A stretch of DNA of 64,000 bases from Alphaproteobacteria bacterium (GTDB lineage: Bacteria; Pseudomonadota; Alphaproteobacteria; Rs-D84): positions 137,157 to 201,156 of the forward strand of contig JAVBPX010000001.1 of assembly GCA_031549365.1 (NCBI GenBank), in the 5' to 3' direction. The translations under genes and the position numbers were made by a program. The notes beneath the pieces were generated by a model. The model made no database searches, had not been told where the DNA came from, and saw only the letters and a list, made by a program, of their open reading frames with translations. Below, in pieces: positions 18,783 through 29,508 of the stretch (position 1 is its first letter; the number at the start of each line of letters is the position of its first letter).

Positions 18783-19931
18783 TTATTTGTTATTTAATAT
18801 AATTAATGGCACTTGCATTTCGGATGCTGTCCCGCCTGCATGTTCAGATGCTGGTGAGCCAAACTCTTCCCAAGCTTTTTGATTTTGATGCAATGATTTG
18901 TTTCCTATTCCAATTGCGACATAGTCCCCGATTGATTCATCTTCCAGCACTCTATTCTTGGCAGAATACCAGTGAAGGTAGTTTGTTTTAAAAGTTTCCT
19001 TATTGATCAGCAAAAAATCTTTCTCCGAAAATATTTCATAAAATATTCTTTCAAAGCTATTTTTAGCCTCTGGTTTTACGAAAAATTGTGTACAACGCGC
19101 CTCACATGAAATCGGCATTATCAGAGTGTCAGCAATACCCGTAAAATCTTCGATAAATAAGGGCAAAGTATCAATATGACCGTGATCAGCAGTTATGATG
19201 AATAATGTATCTGGGCAATTATTTTGCAAATTTATTATTGCATCTCGTATATTGCAGATACAATTTCTGGCTTCGCCAGACAAAATTCCGTGATCATGGT
19301 TAGTGCTATCTGGCTCCGGCCAATACGCGTATATGTAATTTTTATTGGCATTTTTTGTATTTGCTATTTTTTCAATAGTTGAACACCATTTCTCAACTGT
19401 ATTATGCTCTGGTGTAATAAACTGAGGCATAACCTCAAAAGCGCTCCATTCGGAAATATCATTGATTTGGTCAACAAGTAATGCTGGCATTTTTTCCAAC
19501 GGAGGCTTCGTAAGATGAGATGATTCACCACTATAAAAGTCACAATTAGTAAAATTTTCGACAATCTCTCCAGATTCTTTATAATATTGCGACCATCCCA
19601 ATAACCCATGTGATACAGGCAACAGCCCCGTGCGCAAAGTTGTTGTGGCGGCAACCGTAGTAGAAGGAACTATTGTATCAATAGTATCATATTTGTTTTT
19701 ATAAAAATAGTCTGTCACAGAATCGCTTAATACATCCAGCTGTTCTGTCCCCATTCCGTCTAGGACTATAAGAGCTATGTTTTTGTACACTTCCGATGAC
19801 CACGAATTTATGATCATTGGATGCGACTCATAATTTGGACATAGTCCAACAATTTTTTGTATTGCAGATGTTATTGATGTTATATCGTATTTCATGAGGT
19901 ACATATTAGCAATGACATATCTTGAAGTCAA
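18783..19931 (-). CDS. Alkaline phosphatase superfamily (nucleotide pyrophosphatase/phosphodiesterase-like) protein; start uncertain (ATG 19895 or 19904 possible)
   Basis: LDGMG, PSTT nucleophile, DSTNHDHG, TADHG, EHAG. Confidence 0.88.
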   Translation of the reverse strand: MTSRYVIANMYLMKYDITSITSAIQKIVGLCPNYESHPMIINSWSSEVYKNIALIVLDGMGTEQLDVLSDSVTDYFYKNKYDTIDTIVPSTTVAATTTLRTGLLPVSHGLLGWSQYYKESGEIVENFTNCDFYSGESSHLTKPPLEKMPALLVDQINDISEWSAFEVMPQFITPEHNTVEKWCSTIEKIANTKNANKNYIYAYWPEPDSTNHDHGILSGEARNCICNIRDAIINLQNNCPDTLFIITADHGHIDTLPLFIEDFTGIADTLIMPISCEARCTQFFVKPEAKNSFERIFYEIFSEKDFLLINKETFKTNYLHWYSAKNRVLEDESIGDYVAIGIGNKSLHQNQKAWEEFGSPASEHAGGTASEMQVPLIILNNK

Positions 19932-20558
19932 CCGCGTATTTGGTTGAAAGTTGAGCGGAATTCTAGTTTCGTGGGAATATTGGTTGTTTTTATGTTTTGG
20001 TAATGAATTTTCATTGTTATTTAAAATAAATTCCCTGTTAGGGTTTTAGGGAATTTGGGGTGATGTGGGTAGTGGATGCCGCGGTGTGGTTGGGGTTGTG
20101 AATTTGGGACCAATTGGTAAAATGCGATTTTAGGGGCAAAACCACAAAATTTCCCTGTAAATTCCCTGATGTTGTTTGTGTGATTAATTTTGCTGTGTGG
20201 AATCGCGTAACCTTGCGATGCACACATCAATTCCGTGCTAATAACGCACGTCATTGTGTGTTTATATGCTCGGTTTCCCTGATAATCGGTTGGATGTTGG
20301 TGGGGTGTTGGATTATTCGGGGAAATAATCGGGATAAGTGATTTATGAGGTGTTTATCATGTTTAGTATGCTCTACACCAATAACATTTACACCTCCGCC
20401 AGAATTGGCCGTTTTATTTTTATCCGCGCGCGGCCCCGAAAACTCGCGGCTTTACTTTTTATTTTCACAGTGGTATGGTGATTTATATCAAAAATCTGCA
20501 GATTTGGTTCTCCTTACATACGATTACCATTTTTGCACTGTGAACTTTGGGGGCTGTT

Positions 20559-21050
20559 ATGACCGCAACAATACATTTAGTACATGGTTTTATTGGGTTT
20601 GGAAAAACTACGATTGCGAAAAGATTGGCGCATGAATTGCCTACGGTTATTCTGTCTGATGATGAATTTATGGTAAAATTATATGGCAATAATCCTCCTG
20701 CTGATTTATTTCGTGATTATTATAATCGTATAGATAATTTAATTTGGAATTTAGCAAAAGAGATTGTAAAAACTGGCGCAGATGTAATTATTGATTCCGG
20801 TTTTTGGAGTAAAGAAAGTCGTGCAACTGCATATAATCGCGCAAAAAATATTACAAAAAATGTAGTGTTTCACAACATTCAATGCAATATGGATATTGCC
20901 CGGCAACGAGCATTGGAACGGACAAAAATGAATTCCGGCGAATTGGCTGTGGATGAAAATACGTTTGATTTATTTAAAATTCAATTTCAACCAATTGATT
21001 CTGATGAAAATTATATAGTAATTAACCACGATAATAATATTAAAAAATGA
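20559..21050 (+). CDS. Small P-loop kinase (AAA_33-like)
   Basis: GFIGFGKTT Walker A, VIIDSGFWSKESR. Confidence 0.8.
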   Translation: MTATIHLVHGFIGFGKTTIAKRLAHELPTVILSDDEFMVKLYGNNPPADLFRDYYNRIDNLIWNLAKEIVKTGADVIIDSGFWSKESRATAYNRAKNITKNVVFHNIQCNMDIARQRALERTKMNSGELAVDENTFDLFKIQFQPIDSDENYIVINHDNNIKK

Positions 21051-21613
21051 AACAAGTAAAACGCTGTGAATGGTGCGGGACAGACCCACTATATGTTAAA
21101 TACCACGATACCGAATGGGGACGTTTGGTAGATGACGACCAAACAATGTTTGAATTTTTAACGTTGGAATCAGCCCAGGCCGGCTTATCATGGATAACCG
21201 TATTGCGCAAACGGGAAAATTATAGACAGGCTTTTGCAAATTTTGATGTGAATGCAGTTGCTAAATTTACTGACAAAGATGTCGAAAAATTAATGCAAAA
21301 TAATGGCATCATTCGAAATCGCTTAAAAATCCGTGCAGCAATTACAAATGCACAAAAATTTATTGAAATACAAAGGGAATTCAAAAGCTTTTGTAATTAT
21401 ATTCGCGGCTTTTTACCAAACGAAAAACCCATTGTAAATAAACCGAAATCATTATCCGACATCCCTGCCCGCTCAGAACTCTCCGACGCGATTTCAACGG
21501 ACATGAAAAAACGTGGTTTTAAATTTTTCGGATCAACCATATGTTATGCACATTTGCAAGCAACCGGATACATAAATGACCATTTGGCTCATTGCTCGTT
21601 CCGCAACAATTAA
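21047..21613 (+). CDS. tag: DNA-3-methyladenine glycosylase I
   Basis: RCEW, YHDTEWG, QAGLSW, IIRNRLKI, GFKFFG, NDH..C. Confidence 0.95.
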   Translation: MKQVKRCEWCGTDPLYVKYHDTEWGRLVDDDQTMFEFLTLESAQAGLSWITVLRKRENYRQAFANFDVNAVAKFTDKDVEKLMQNNGIIRNRLKIRAAITNAQKFIEIQREFKSFCNYIRGFLPNEKPIVNKPKSLSDIPARSELSDAISTDMKKRGFKFFGSTICYAHLQATGYINDHLAHCSFRNN

Positions 21614-21659
21614 TACAATGTGCTTTTATTTTGCCGCAACATAATGTATAATCGAGCCC

Positions 21660-21968
21660 ATGGGAATAAACAAAACATTATACATTATTATAACTTTTTT
21701 CGCTTTGTCCGCCTGTTCTCCATCGGTATTACAGGTTGGGAATCCCGAACAAAAGCCGACCGAACCAACACACACCGAAACAATTCGCCATTATTTTTGG
21801 GGGGCAATTGGAACAAACACAATTGATGCCGAAAAAATTTGCACTGGGAATCATTTAAATTCAATAGAAACCAGCGATAACTTTGTAAATGGAATTTTAA
21901 ACTTTTTCACTGGCGGAATTTACATGCCTGTTACTTATTCATTTTATTGCAATGCTGTAAAAATTTAA
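21660..21968 (+). CDS. Bor/Iss family lipoprotein
   Basis: Lipobox LSAC; HYFWG.IG...IDAEKIC, FVNG...TGGIY.P....C. Confidence 0.8.
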   Translation: MGINKTLYIIITFFALSACSPSVLQVGNPEQKPTEPTHTETIRHYFWGAIGTNTIDAEKICTGNHLNSIETSDNFVNGILNFFTGGIYMPVTYSFYCNAVKI

Positions 21969-22600
21969 TTTTTTTGTTGTTTTTCTTTTGTTTTTTTAAT
22001 TATTTTATTACAGGAAATGTATGTAATATCTGCAAAAACCATACCTATGAATGCACCAACAATTACGTCGGACGGATAATGAGCCCCCACAATAACGCGC
22101 GATACACCCATTAATACAGCCAGAGTCCAGGTCAATGGTTTAAATTTTTTGAATAATAATCCCAACATTACCATCCCTGCAAACGTTGCAACCGTGTGCC
22201 CAGAAGGAAAAGAATGGAACGCGTCCGAAAAAGTAAATGGATAAAAACCCGATTGCCCCAACGCATCGTAAAACATTGGTCGCATACGACCAAATCCAAA
22301 TTTTAAAATCCATGCAAACGCAGACGCCGAAATCAATGACATCATCACAAAAAATGCTGTTCTGGTTATTTTTTTGTTTTTTAAAATCCAACCAGCGATA
22401 AAACAAGACCCAACCACCAAAAACCAAATTTTGGCTGCGCCCATTTGCGTACCTCTGTCCCATAAAATATTTTGATGTTCAATCATCCAAACATGTACCG
22501 GCAAATCCAGCCAAAATATACCCAAAACAGCCAAAATGCCGGAAATCACAAACCCAACAACTATGTTTTTTATAGATAATTTATCATTTTTGATAAACAT
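21965..22600 (-). CDS. PAP2 family membrane phosphatase
   Basis: K...GRMRP, SFPSGH, SRV..GAHYPSDV. Confidence 0.92.
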   Translation of the reverse strand: MFIKNDKLSIKNIVVGFVISGILAVLGIFWLDLPVHVWMIEHQNILWDRGTQMGAAKIWFLVVGSCFIAGWILKNKKITRTAFFVMMSLISASAFAWILKFGFGRMRPMFYDALGQSGFYPFTFSDAFHSFPSGHTVATFAGMVMLGLLFKKFKPLTWTLAVLMGVSRVIVGAHYPSDVIVGAFIGMVFADITYISCNKIIKKTKEKQQKN

Positions 22601-22619
22601 GGGATTCCCCTTCTCTCTA

Positions 22620-24149
22620 TTATGGAATCAATTTAATTAACGCGTCATAAACCTTTGGGTTTGAAAATATTTGCGCAACAACACCCTGGGTTAACAAATC
22701 TTCATCTTGGCCATTTGCAACTTCGGGACAACCACGACGAATTTTTTCAATACGCGATTGATCTGTTTCCGAATACCACGTTTCCAATCCTGTTTTGAAA
22801 TCTTTGTTTAAAATGTTAACAAACATAACTTCTTGCTGCTTTTGGGAACGAATGCTGGAAGTACAAATCACCGGCAAAACCCCGCGGTTCGACAAATCAC
22901 GACCGCCCCCCGTTTTCATTTGACGATTTGTAATTTTTAATTGCCCGCCATTTTTCAATGGTATGGTTTTTGATAATTTCGCATCCCCAGCAGTTGGTGT
23001 TCCGACAACCAACCCACGATGATTTTCTTCGAATGCCGCGGCCAGCGCTTCGCCCAATTTGTGTGTTTGACGGGATGTTAAAACAATCACCGGGATGTTT
23101 GAATCAACAATTGCCTCGCCCCCTGGGACCATTTCGAATGCCTTGTCCGAACCAACATTTATCACCTGTAAAACAGGCACTTTGCCCATAAAAAGACCGG
23201 CGATTTGGGTCATTGCCTCTTCATCATCACCATCGGTGGTACGCAAATCCAGTACAATCCCCGATGTTGCTTGGGTAATTTTTTCACTCAATGTTTCAGC
23301 AATTAATCCAACAGATTTTTTAGTTAATTGATGAATAACAATTTCAATAATTGTATCACGTTTAATAACGTCTGCATCCGCCATCATAATGGTTGCACGA
23401 CGCAATACAACGTTTCGTTCGGCCTTGGTAACGGGATCAAAAACATCCAGTTTAACCAATGATGTCGTAAAGCCTTCCAATATATCAATTATTTCTTCGT
23501 CACTCATCCCGGTTGCTTGGCGACCATTAATCGATAAAACTATGTCTTGATTTTTTAATCCAGCATTGTCGGCCATAGAGCCTTGGATCACAGATGTGAT
23601 TCTGTAATAACCATCCTCGTTTCTGACGCCAGCCAATCCCAAACTGGTCAATACCCGGCCCTGTTGTTTTACTTGGATCATTTCCGGATAAATGTATCCA
23701 CCCGATGGATCCAATTCATTCATCATGGCACCAACAACTGCAAAATAAATTTGTTGATCATTTGCTTTGGCCAAATTTGGTAATTTTTCACGTAAATTTA
23801 AAATTATTGCCGTGGTTAATTCACCCCAATCATTCCATTTACCAATTTTTGGCAATTCATAATTACCGGCAATTGTATCATCATACACAATAACCATACG
23901 CGGTCCAGTTACACTGATCCCAACTCGTGGATCAATTGTTTCAATTGATTGAATTATCCTGGTCATGCCGTTGGCTGCTTGGTCGTTGTTCCAATTATTC
24001 TGATCCAGCTTTTCGTAAACATCCGCAAAGAAAGCGCTCATCTCTGGGACATTAATCCCATCCACCATAACGTCTTCGTCATCGAAATACAGGCCCGCAT
24101 TCAAAGCAAACGGCCATAAAATTGCTGTAATCAGTAATAATTTTCTCAT
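22620..24149 (-). CDS. PDZ + S41 (CtpA-like) protease homologue, probably inactive
   Basis: Signal peptide, PDZ (GSMADNAGLK.QD), LDLR; catalytic motifs degenerate. Confidence 0.75.
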   Translation of the reverse strand: MRKLLLITAILWPFALNAGLYFDDEDVMVDGINVPEMSAFFADVYEKLDQNNWNNDQAANGMTRIIQSIETIDPRVGISVTGPRMVIVYDDTIAGNYELPKIGKWNDWGELTTAIILNLREKLPNLAKANDQQIYFAVVGAMMNELDPSGGYIYPEMIQVKQQGRVLTSLGLAGVRNEDGYYRITSVIQGSMADNAGLKNQDIVLSINGRQATGMSDEEIIDILEGFTTSLVKLDVFDPVTKAERNVVLRRATIMMADADVIKRDTIIEIVIHQLTKKSVGLIAETLSEKITQATSGIVLDLRTTDGDDEEAMTQIAGLFMGKVPVLQVINVGSDKAFEMVPGGEAIVDSNIPVIVLTSRQTHKLGEALAAAFEENHRGLVVGTPTAGDAKLSKTIPLKNGGQLKITNRQMKTGGGRDLSNRGVLPVICTSSIRSQKQQEVMFVNILNKDFKTGLETWYSETDQSRIEKIRRGCPEVANGQDEDLLTQGVVAQIFSNPKVYDALIKLIP

Positions 24150-25018
24150 TCTTCTCCCTTCCTTATGTCAAAGTTAATTAACAAAGAATTCGAAATAAAT
24201 ATTGAAGTGATTGTGCCCAAAACAATGCTGAACATCATCGCCAATGAAAAAGTACGTAGTGCAGCCCCACCAAAGAAATACAATGCCAACACCGCCAAGA
24301 AAGTAGACACAGAGGTTAAAATCGTACGAACCAACATTTCATTTATAGATTTGTCGACCAATTCTATTACGTCCATTTTATGATATTTTTTTGCATTTTC
24401 TTGGATACGGTCATAATTAACTACTTTGTCATTAACGGAATACCCAATACCCATTAATATAACAGCAATTGATGTTAAATTGAATTCCAACCCCAATACC
24501 GAGAAAAATCCAAACAACAAAATAAAATCATGCGCCATGGATGCCAGTGCGCCAAACGCATAACCGCCACTATATCGAACCCAGATATATAATGACATTC
24601 CCAAAAACGCGAATATAATCGCCAAAATACCGCCGCGAATTAATTCACCCCCGATTTTTGGCCCAACAATTTGAACCTGACGATATTCGACTGAATCACC
24701 TAATGAGCTCTTGATTTCTTTGACCATTTGGTTTTGCGCTGCTTCGTCAGCACCAACGTCCAAACCAATTTTAATCAATACGGTCCCTGTTTGTTCAACG
24801 CTCTGTAATTCGGGTGAATATTTTGCCAAAATCGACCTCATTTTATCCATGGTCATATCGGCGTTTGTTGGTTTTGCTTCGATTGAAATACCACCGGCAA
24901 AATCAATCCCGTAATTTAATCCGCGTGTCGACAATGAAAAGATTGATGCAGCAATCATAATCGCCGAAATAATATACATTACATGACGATATTTCATAAA
25001 ATGGAATTTAAAATTCAT
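24146..25018 (-). CDS. secF: Protein translocase subunit SecF
   Basis: GIDFAGG, VGPKIG, GYSVND.VV.YDRI.EN, RT..TS. Confidence 0.95.
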   Translation of the reverse strand: MNFKFHFMKYRHVMYIISAIMIAASIFSLSTRGLNYGIDFAGGISIEAKPTNADMTMDKMRSILAKYSPELQSVEQTGTVLIKIGLDVGADEAAQNQMVKEIKSSLGDSVEYRQVQIVGPKIGGELIRGGILAIIFAFLGMSLYIWVRYSGGYAFGALASMAHDFILLFGFFSVLGLEFNLTSIAVILMGIGYSVNDKVVNYDRIQENAKKYHKMDVIELVDKSINEMLVRTILTSVSTFLAVLALYFFGGAALRTFSLAMMFSIVLGTITSIFISNSLLINFDIRKGEE

Positions 25019-25022
25019 CGTA

Positions 25023-26579
25023 CTATCCCCTTATATATGATATTTTTTTATTTTTACCGTTTGCCCACATTTCAATAATAACGCGCGACAGCGGCACACA
25101 AGTGAACAAAGTGGTCAAAACACCGATTGATAACGTTACCGCAAATCCACGGATTGGACCTGCTCCGAATTGGAATAAAACCAATGAACAAATTAATGTG
25201 GTTAAATTCGCATCCATAACTGTTTTCATTGCGCGTTTGAACCCGGCGTCAATTGCTTTGATTGTTGATGCTCCTGCCTTTTTTTCCTCGCGGATTCGTT
25301 CATATACCAATATGTTTGCGTCCACAGCAACACCCAGCGTTAATATAATACCCGCAATACCCGGCAAAGTTAAAGTTGCGCCGAATAATGCCAAAACGCC
25401 CAGCATCATTAATAAATTCACAACCAAAACGATGTTTGCAAACATCCCAAAAGTCCGGTAAATTAACAACATAAATATCATAATCAGCGCAACACTGACG
25501 ATGGCCGCTGTTTGCCCCGCAGCAATTGAATCGTCCCCCAATCCCGGCCCAATGGTGCGTTCTTCGATTACATTTAATGGCGCAGGCAATGCCCCAGATC
25601 GCAATAACACCGATAAATCTTTGGCCGATTCAACGGTGAAATTACCGGATATTTGACCGCGCCCACCTGGGATTGGTTCACGAATCGTTGGGGCTGATAA
25701 AATCTTGTTATCCAAAACAATTGCAAAACGTTCGTTAACGTGTTCCGTTGTTAAACGTGCAAATCTTTTTGCGCCCATTGAATCAAACACAGTCGTTACA
25801 ACCGGCATATTGTTTTGATCAAACGAAGCCTGGGAATCGGTCAAGCTTTCGCCAGAAACTTCAACCCGCTTGAACACAGGAACAACAACGCCTGGATTTT
25901 CGGCCAATTCCAAAAATTCGGTTCCGGACGGTGCGCGTCCTGACATTAATTGCTCGTTTGTAACACCTTCATTAACCAAATGGAAAGTCATTTTGGCGGT
26001 TTGGCCAATTAATTCTTTGATACGTTCTGGATTATCAACGCCAGGCAATTGAACTACTATATATTTGGACCCCTGTTGTTGAATTGATGGTTCACGCGTT
26101 CCCAGCGCGTCAATACGACGACGAACAATTTCAATTGAACGCGACATAGCGTCCGATTTCATTAATTCTTGTTGTGTTTCGTTATAACGAATTATTAATT
26201 TTGGTCCGTTTTGTTCAACATCAACACCCGCGCCCAATTCCGAACGAATTCGACCCTTGGCCTTGGACATATCGTTTGAATCACGAATTACAACAGACAC
26301 AACCCCATTTGCGTTTTGCAAATCCTGAAAGCGGATTAATCCTTTGTCGCGATTAATTAATGCAGTACGAGTCAAATCATATAATTGCGATGATTTTTCA
26401 CGCATCATAATGTCGGTATCAACCTCCATCAATAAATGGGCCCCGCCCTTTAAATCCAACCCCAATGAAATCGGATGCATAAATGATGGTAAAAAACTTT
26501 GACTTGCCGGCCAAATGGTTGGCAACGACAAAACCATACCAAAAATCGCAATTACGATAATACCAATCTTTTTCATCAT
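25023..26579 (-). CDS. secD: Protein translocase subunit SecD
   Basis: LGLDLKGG, RRIDALG..EP, LRSGALPAP, LTLPGIAG, AVDANIL.YERIREE. Confidence 0.97.
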   Translation of the reverse strand: MMKKIGIIVIAIFGMVLSLPTIWPASQSFLPSFMHPISLGLDLKGGAHLLMEVDTDIMMREKSSQLYDLTRTALINRDKGLIRFQDLQNANGVVSVVIRDSNDMSKAKGRIRSELGAGVDVEQNGPKLIIRYNETQQELMKSDAMSRSIEIVRRRIDALGTREPSIQQQGSKYIVVQLPGVDNPERIKELIGQTAKMTFHLVNEGVTNEQLMSGRAPSGTEFLELAENPGVVVPVFKRVEVSGESLTDSQASFDQNNMPVVTTVFDSMGAKRFARLTTEHVNERFAIVLDNKILSAPTIREPIPGGRGQISGNFTVESAKDLSVLLRSGALPAPLNVIEERTIGPGLGDDSIAAGQTAAIVSVALIMIFMLLIYRTFGMFANIVLVVNLLMMLGVLALFGATLTLPGIAGIILTLGVAVDANILVYERIREEKKAGASTIKAIDAGFKRAMKTVMDANLTTLICSLVLFQFGAGPIRGFAVTLSIGVLTTLFTCVPLSRVIIEMWANGKNKKISYIRG

Positions 26580-26923
26580 TTTTTTGCCTTTTCATTAACA
26601 ACCGATACTATTGATCCGCGCAATGCTTCGACCACAACGCCCTTGGCAATTTCGACCATCAAATTGCTGTCATCCAATTTTTTAACCAAACCAATTAATC
26701 CATTTGCAAATATAACACGATCCCCAACCTTGATTTCGGATTGCATTTTTTGAATGGCATCGATTCTTTTTTTGTTTGGCCGTATCATCATAAAATAAAT
26801 CACCGCAAACAATAACGCACAATAAATTAACAAGCCCCACACAGAACCACCAGTTGCCACAGCATCGCTTGTGGATGGCACGGTTGTTTCCACGACGGGA
26901 ACTATTTCCATTAATGCTAACAT
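26576..26923 (-). CDS. yajC: Preprotein translocase subunit YajC
   Basis: YFMMIRP, GDRV...GL.G, VEIA.GV; directly upstream of secD. Confidence 0.92.
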   Translation of the reverse strand: MLALMEIVPVVETTVPSTSDAVATGGSVWGLLIYCALLFAVIYFMMIRPNKKRIDAIQKMQSEIKVGDRVIFANGLIGLVKKLDDSNLMVEIAKGVVVEALRGSIVSVVNEKAKK

Positions 26924-27037
26924 CTTTCACTCCTTGGGTTTATAACGGTATTCTAGGAAATTTTCCGATACCGCGTCAATGGTTTTATTGCACAAAATGG
27001 CTTGACGATTATACCGGCATGACGTATGATTCAAATC

Positions 27038-27745
27038 ATGAATAAACTGCACTTAATTCGCACTTTTGGGCGCCGCCACGGCAAATCGTTACGGGAACAC
27101 CAACAAAATTTGGTTGATGCCCTGTTGCCACGTATTTTGGCGGACGGAAAACCACACAAAATGCCGGTATCGGTGTTGGAAATCGGATTTGGCGCAGGCG
27201 AACACGTTGCCCATATTGCGTCCATTAACCCGGCTTTTCACGTGATTGGCGCCGAACCATTTATGAATGGCGTTGCATCGTTATTGTCGCGATTGGAACG
27301 TGAACACCCGGATTTGATAAATGATGAACGTGTTAAAATTTGGCCCGACGATGTTCGATTGCTATTGGATAAAAACCCAGGAATTAAATTTGATTTAATA
27401 TATGTATTACATCCAGACCCCTGGCCCAAGGCCAGACATGAAAAACGTCGATTATTACAAACTGAATTTTTGAATAAATTGGCCGATCATTTGACACCAA
27501 ATGGCGTAATTGTTGTTGGCACAGATCATACTGATTATTTTAATTGGATGCTTGGAACCACCTCTAAATCCAAACTGATTAATATTTATAAAAATACAAA
27601 TGCGGCCCCATCATCCGGGTTGAATACACGCTATAAAAACAAAAATATGTTTGGATCAGTTCGTCCACATTATGCAATTTTGGCATTGCGCGGGAATTTG
27701 CCCAGCCCGGAATTTCTGGCTACTTTGGACCTCAGCCTGGCATAG
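27038..27745 (+). CDS. trmB: tRNA (guanine-N7)-methyltransferase
   Basis: LEIGFGAGEH, GAEPF.NG, PDPWPK.RH.KRR, TD; start at ATG 27038, 7 nt after TTGACG-17-TATGAT. Confidence 0.92.
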   Translation: MNKLHLIRTFGRRHGKSLREHQQNLVDALLPRILADGKPHKMPVSVLEIGFGAGEHVAHIASINPAFHVIGAEPFMNGVASLLSRLEREHPDLINDERVKIWPDDVRLLLDKNPGIKFDLIYVLHPDPWPKARHEKRRLLQTEFLNKLADHLTPNGVIVVGTDHTDYFNWMLGTTSKSKLINIYKNTNAAPSSGLNTRYKNKNMFGSVRPHYAILALRGNLPSPEFLATLDLSLA

Positions 27746-28065
27746 GATCTCGCCACCATGGGATAGTCATCCGGCAAACCCCATTTTTGCTTGTATTGTT
27801 CGGGCGTCATATTATATTTACGCTTGATATAACGACGCAACATGACGTGTTCGGTCCCGTCTTCCAAACAGACCAAAATATCTGGCTTTATTGAATCCGC
27901 GATTTGCTTTTGACTGATTGCAGTATCCGCCGCCTCTTTTTGAATGGCTTTTAATGACGCAACAGCTTCACGTAAAACTTCCGCTATATCCAATGCCGGA
28001 TTGCCAGCAATTTTTGCAGCTGCGATTTGGGCTGCTGCGGTTATTAATGCATCATTATCTTTCAT
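27670..28065 (-). CDS. mucR: MucR/Ros family transcriptional regulator
   Basis: VCLEDG, MLRRY, TPEQYKQKWGLP.DYPMVA..Y...RS..A...GLG. Confidence 0.92.
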   Translation of the reverse strand: MKDNDALITAAAQIAAAKIAGNPALDIAEVLREAVASLKAIQKEAADTAISQKQIADSIKPDILVCLEDGTEHVMLRRYIKRKYNMTPEQYKQKWGLPDDYPMVARSYARLRSKVARNSGLGKFPRNAKIA

Positions 28066-28203
28066 GTTCTTGCCTTTTTCAAACTTTGTGCTATATTATG
28101 TCGGTAATCTGATTTTACTTGAATCGATATTGAATCTAGTTTTTGTAAAATCCCGATTACAACATGTATACTATAAATCAAAACCAAATAAAATGCAAGT
28201 CAA

Positions 28204-29502
28204 ATGAAAAATCAAAACTTGTTTGAATCGAACGAATCTAATATCAAAAAACCCCTGGCCGACATATTGCGGCCACGAACTTTGTCCGATATTGTGGGCC
28301 AAGACAGCTTGCTGGGACCAAATGGTTTAATAACCCAAATGGTATTAAATGACCATTTATCCAGCTTGATTTTATGGGGGCCTCCTGGATGCGGAAAAAC
28401 AACAATGGCGCGGGCATTGGCCGGACGATCCGATATGGAATTTATTCCAATGTCCGCCGTGTTTTCAGGTGTCGCCGACATTAAAAAAGCAATGGACGTT
28501 GCATCAAAACACCGGGAAATTGGACGTCAAACATTGCTATTCATTGATGAAATTCATCGCTTTAATAAAACGCAACAGGATACCTTGCTACCGTATTTAG
28601 AGGATGGGACCGTAGTATTTATTGGAGCCACTACCGAAAATCCCAGTTTTCATTTGAATAACGCGTTATTATCCCGTTGCCATGTTTGCGTGTTATCCCC
28701 TCTAAATACCGAAAGTTTGATGATTTTAATGGATCGCGCAGAACAGCATTTAAATATCAAATTGCCGCTAAACGATGCCGCACGAATTCATTTGGCACAA
28801 ATGTCTGATGGCGACGCTCGTTTTTTGTTAAACACAATTGAATATTTATCACACACATCATTTTCAGAGCCCCTGGACCCGGAAACACTGGTTTCAACAA
28901 TTCAAAAACGCGCCCCATTATCCGATAAATCCGGGGACGAACATTATAATTTAATATCCGCTGTTCATAAATCATTGCGCGCATCGGATACGGACGCCGC
29001 GTTATATTGGGTTGCTCGAATGATGACATCAGGCCAGGATCCAATGTATATTTTCCGGCGTTTAACCAGATTCGCAGTCGAAGATATTGGTTTGGCCGAT
29101 CCAATGGCAGCCGTCCATGCTTTGAATGCCTGGCAAATTTATGAACGAATGGGATCGCCCGAAGGGGATTTGGCCCTGACACAATTGGTTATATATTTGG
29201 CCACCGCCCCCAAGAGCACAGGGAATTACCGCGCACAAAAGGCGGCATACCAATCTGCATCTGAAAACGGCAGTTTAATGCCGCCAAAAAACATTTTAAA
29301 TGCCCCGACAAAAATGATGAAAAATTTGGGATATGGCGCAAATTATGTTTATGAACCCGATACAGAATCCGGCTTTTCTGGGCAAAATTGCTTTCCCGAT
29401 AAAATGAAGCGTCAAACATATTATGTCCCGCGCGATATCGGATTTGAACGCGAAATCAAAAAACGTTTGGATTATTGGGAAACACTCCGCAAAAAATCTT
29501 AA
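28204..29502 (+). CDS. rarA: Replication-associated recombination protein A
   Basis: [44 protein letters not shown]. Confidence 0.95.
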   Translation: MKNQNLFESNESNIKKPLADILRPRTLSDIVGQDSLLGPNGLITQMVLNDHLSSLILWGPPGCGKTTMARALAGRSDMEFIPMSAVFSGVADIKKAMDVASKHREIGRQTLLFIDEIHRFNKTQQDTLLPYLEDGTVVFIGATTENPSFHLNNALLSRCHVCVLSPLNTESLMILMDRAEQHLNIKLPLNDAARIHLAQMSDGDARFLLNTIEYLSHTSFSEPLDPETLVSTIQKRAPLSDKSGDEHYNLISAVHKSLRASDTDAALYWVARMMTSGQDPMYIFRRLTRFAVEDIGLADPMAAVHALNAWQIYERMGSPEGDLALTQLVIYLATAPKSTGNYRAQKAAYQSASENGSLMPPKNILNAPTKMMKNLGYGANYVYEPDTESGFSGQNCFPDKMKRQTYYVPRDIGFEREIKKRLDYWETLRKKS

Positions 29503-29508
29503 TCTCTT

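Larger units (their letters stand above)
10710..20403. mobile_element. Genomic island integrated at tRNA-Ser (no integrase visible; probably decayed)
   Basis: CTCCGCCAGA at 10710-10719 (tRNA 3' end) is repeated at 20394-20403; accessory cargo, a gene-fragment junction and more AT-rich segments lie inside. Confidence 0.7.

Noticed and set aside
20021-20635. Short ORFs at the island right end as integrase remnants
   Set aside because: No tyrosine- or serine-recombinase motifs are recognisable
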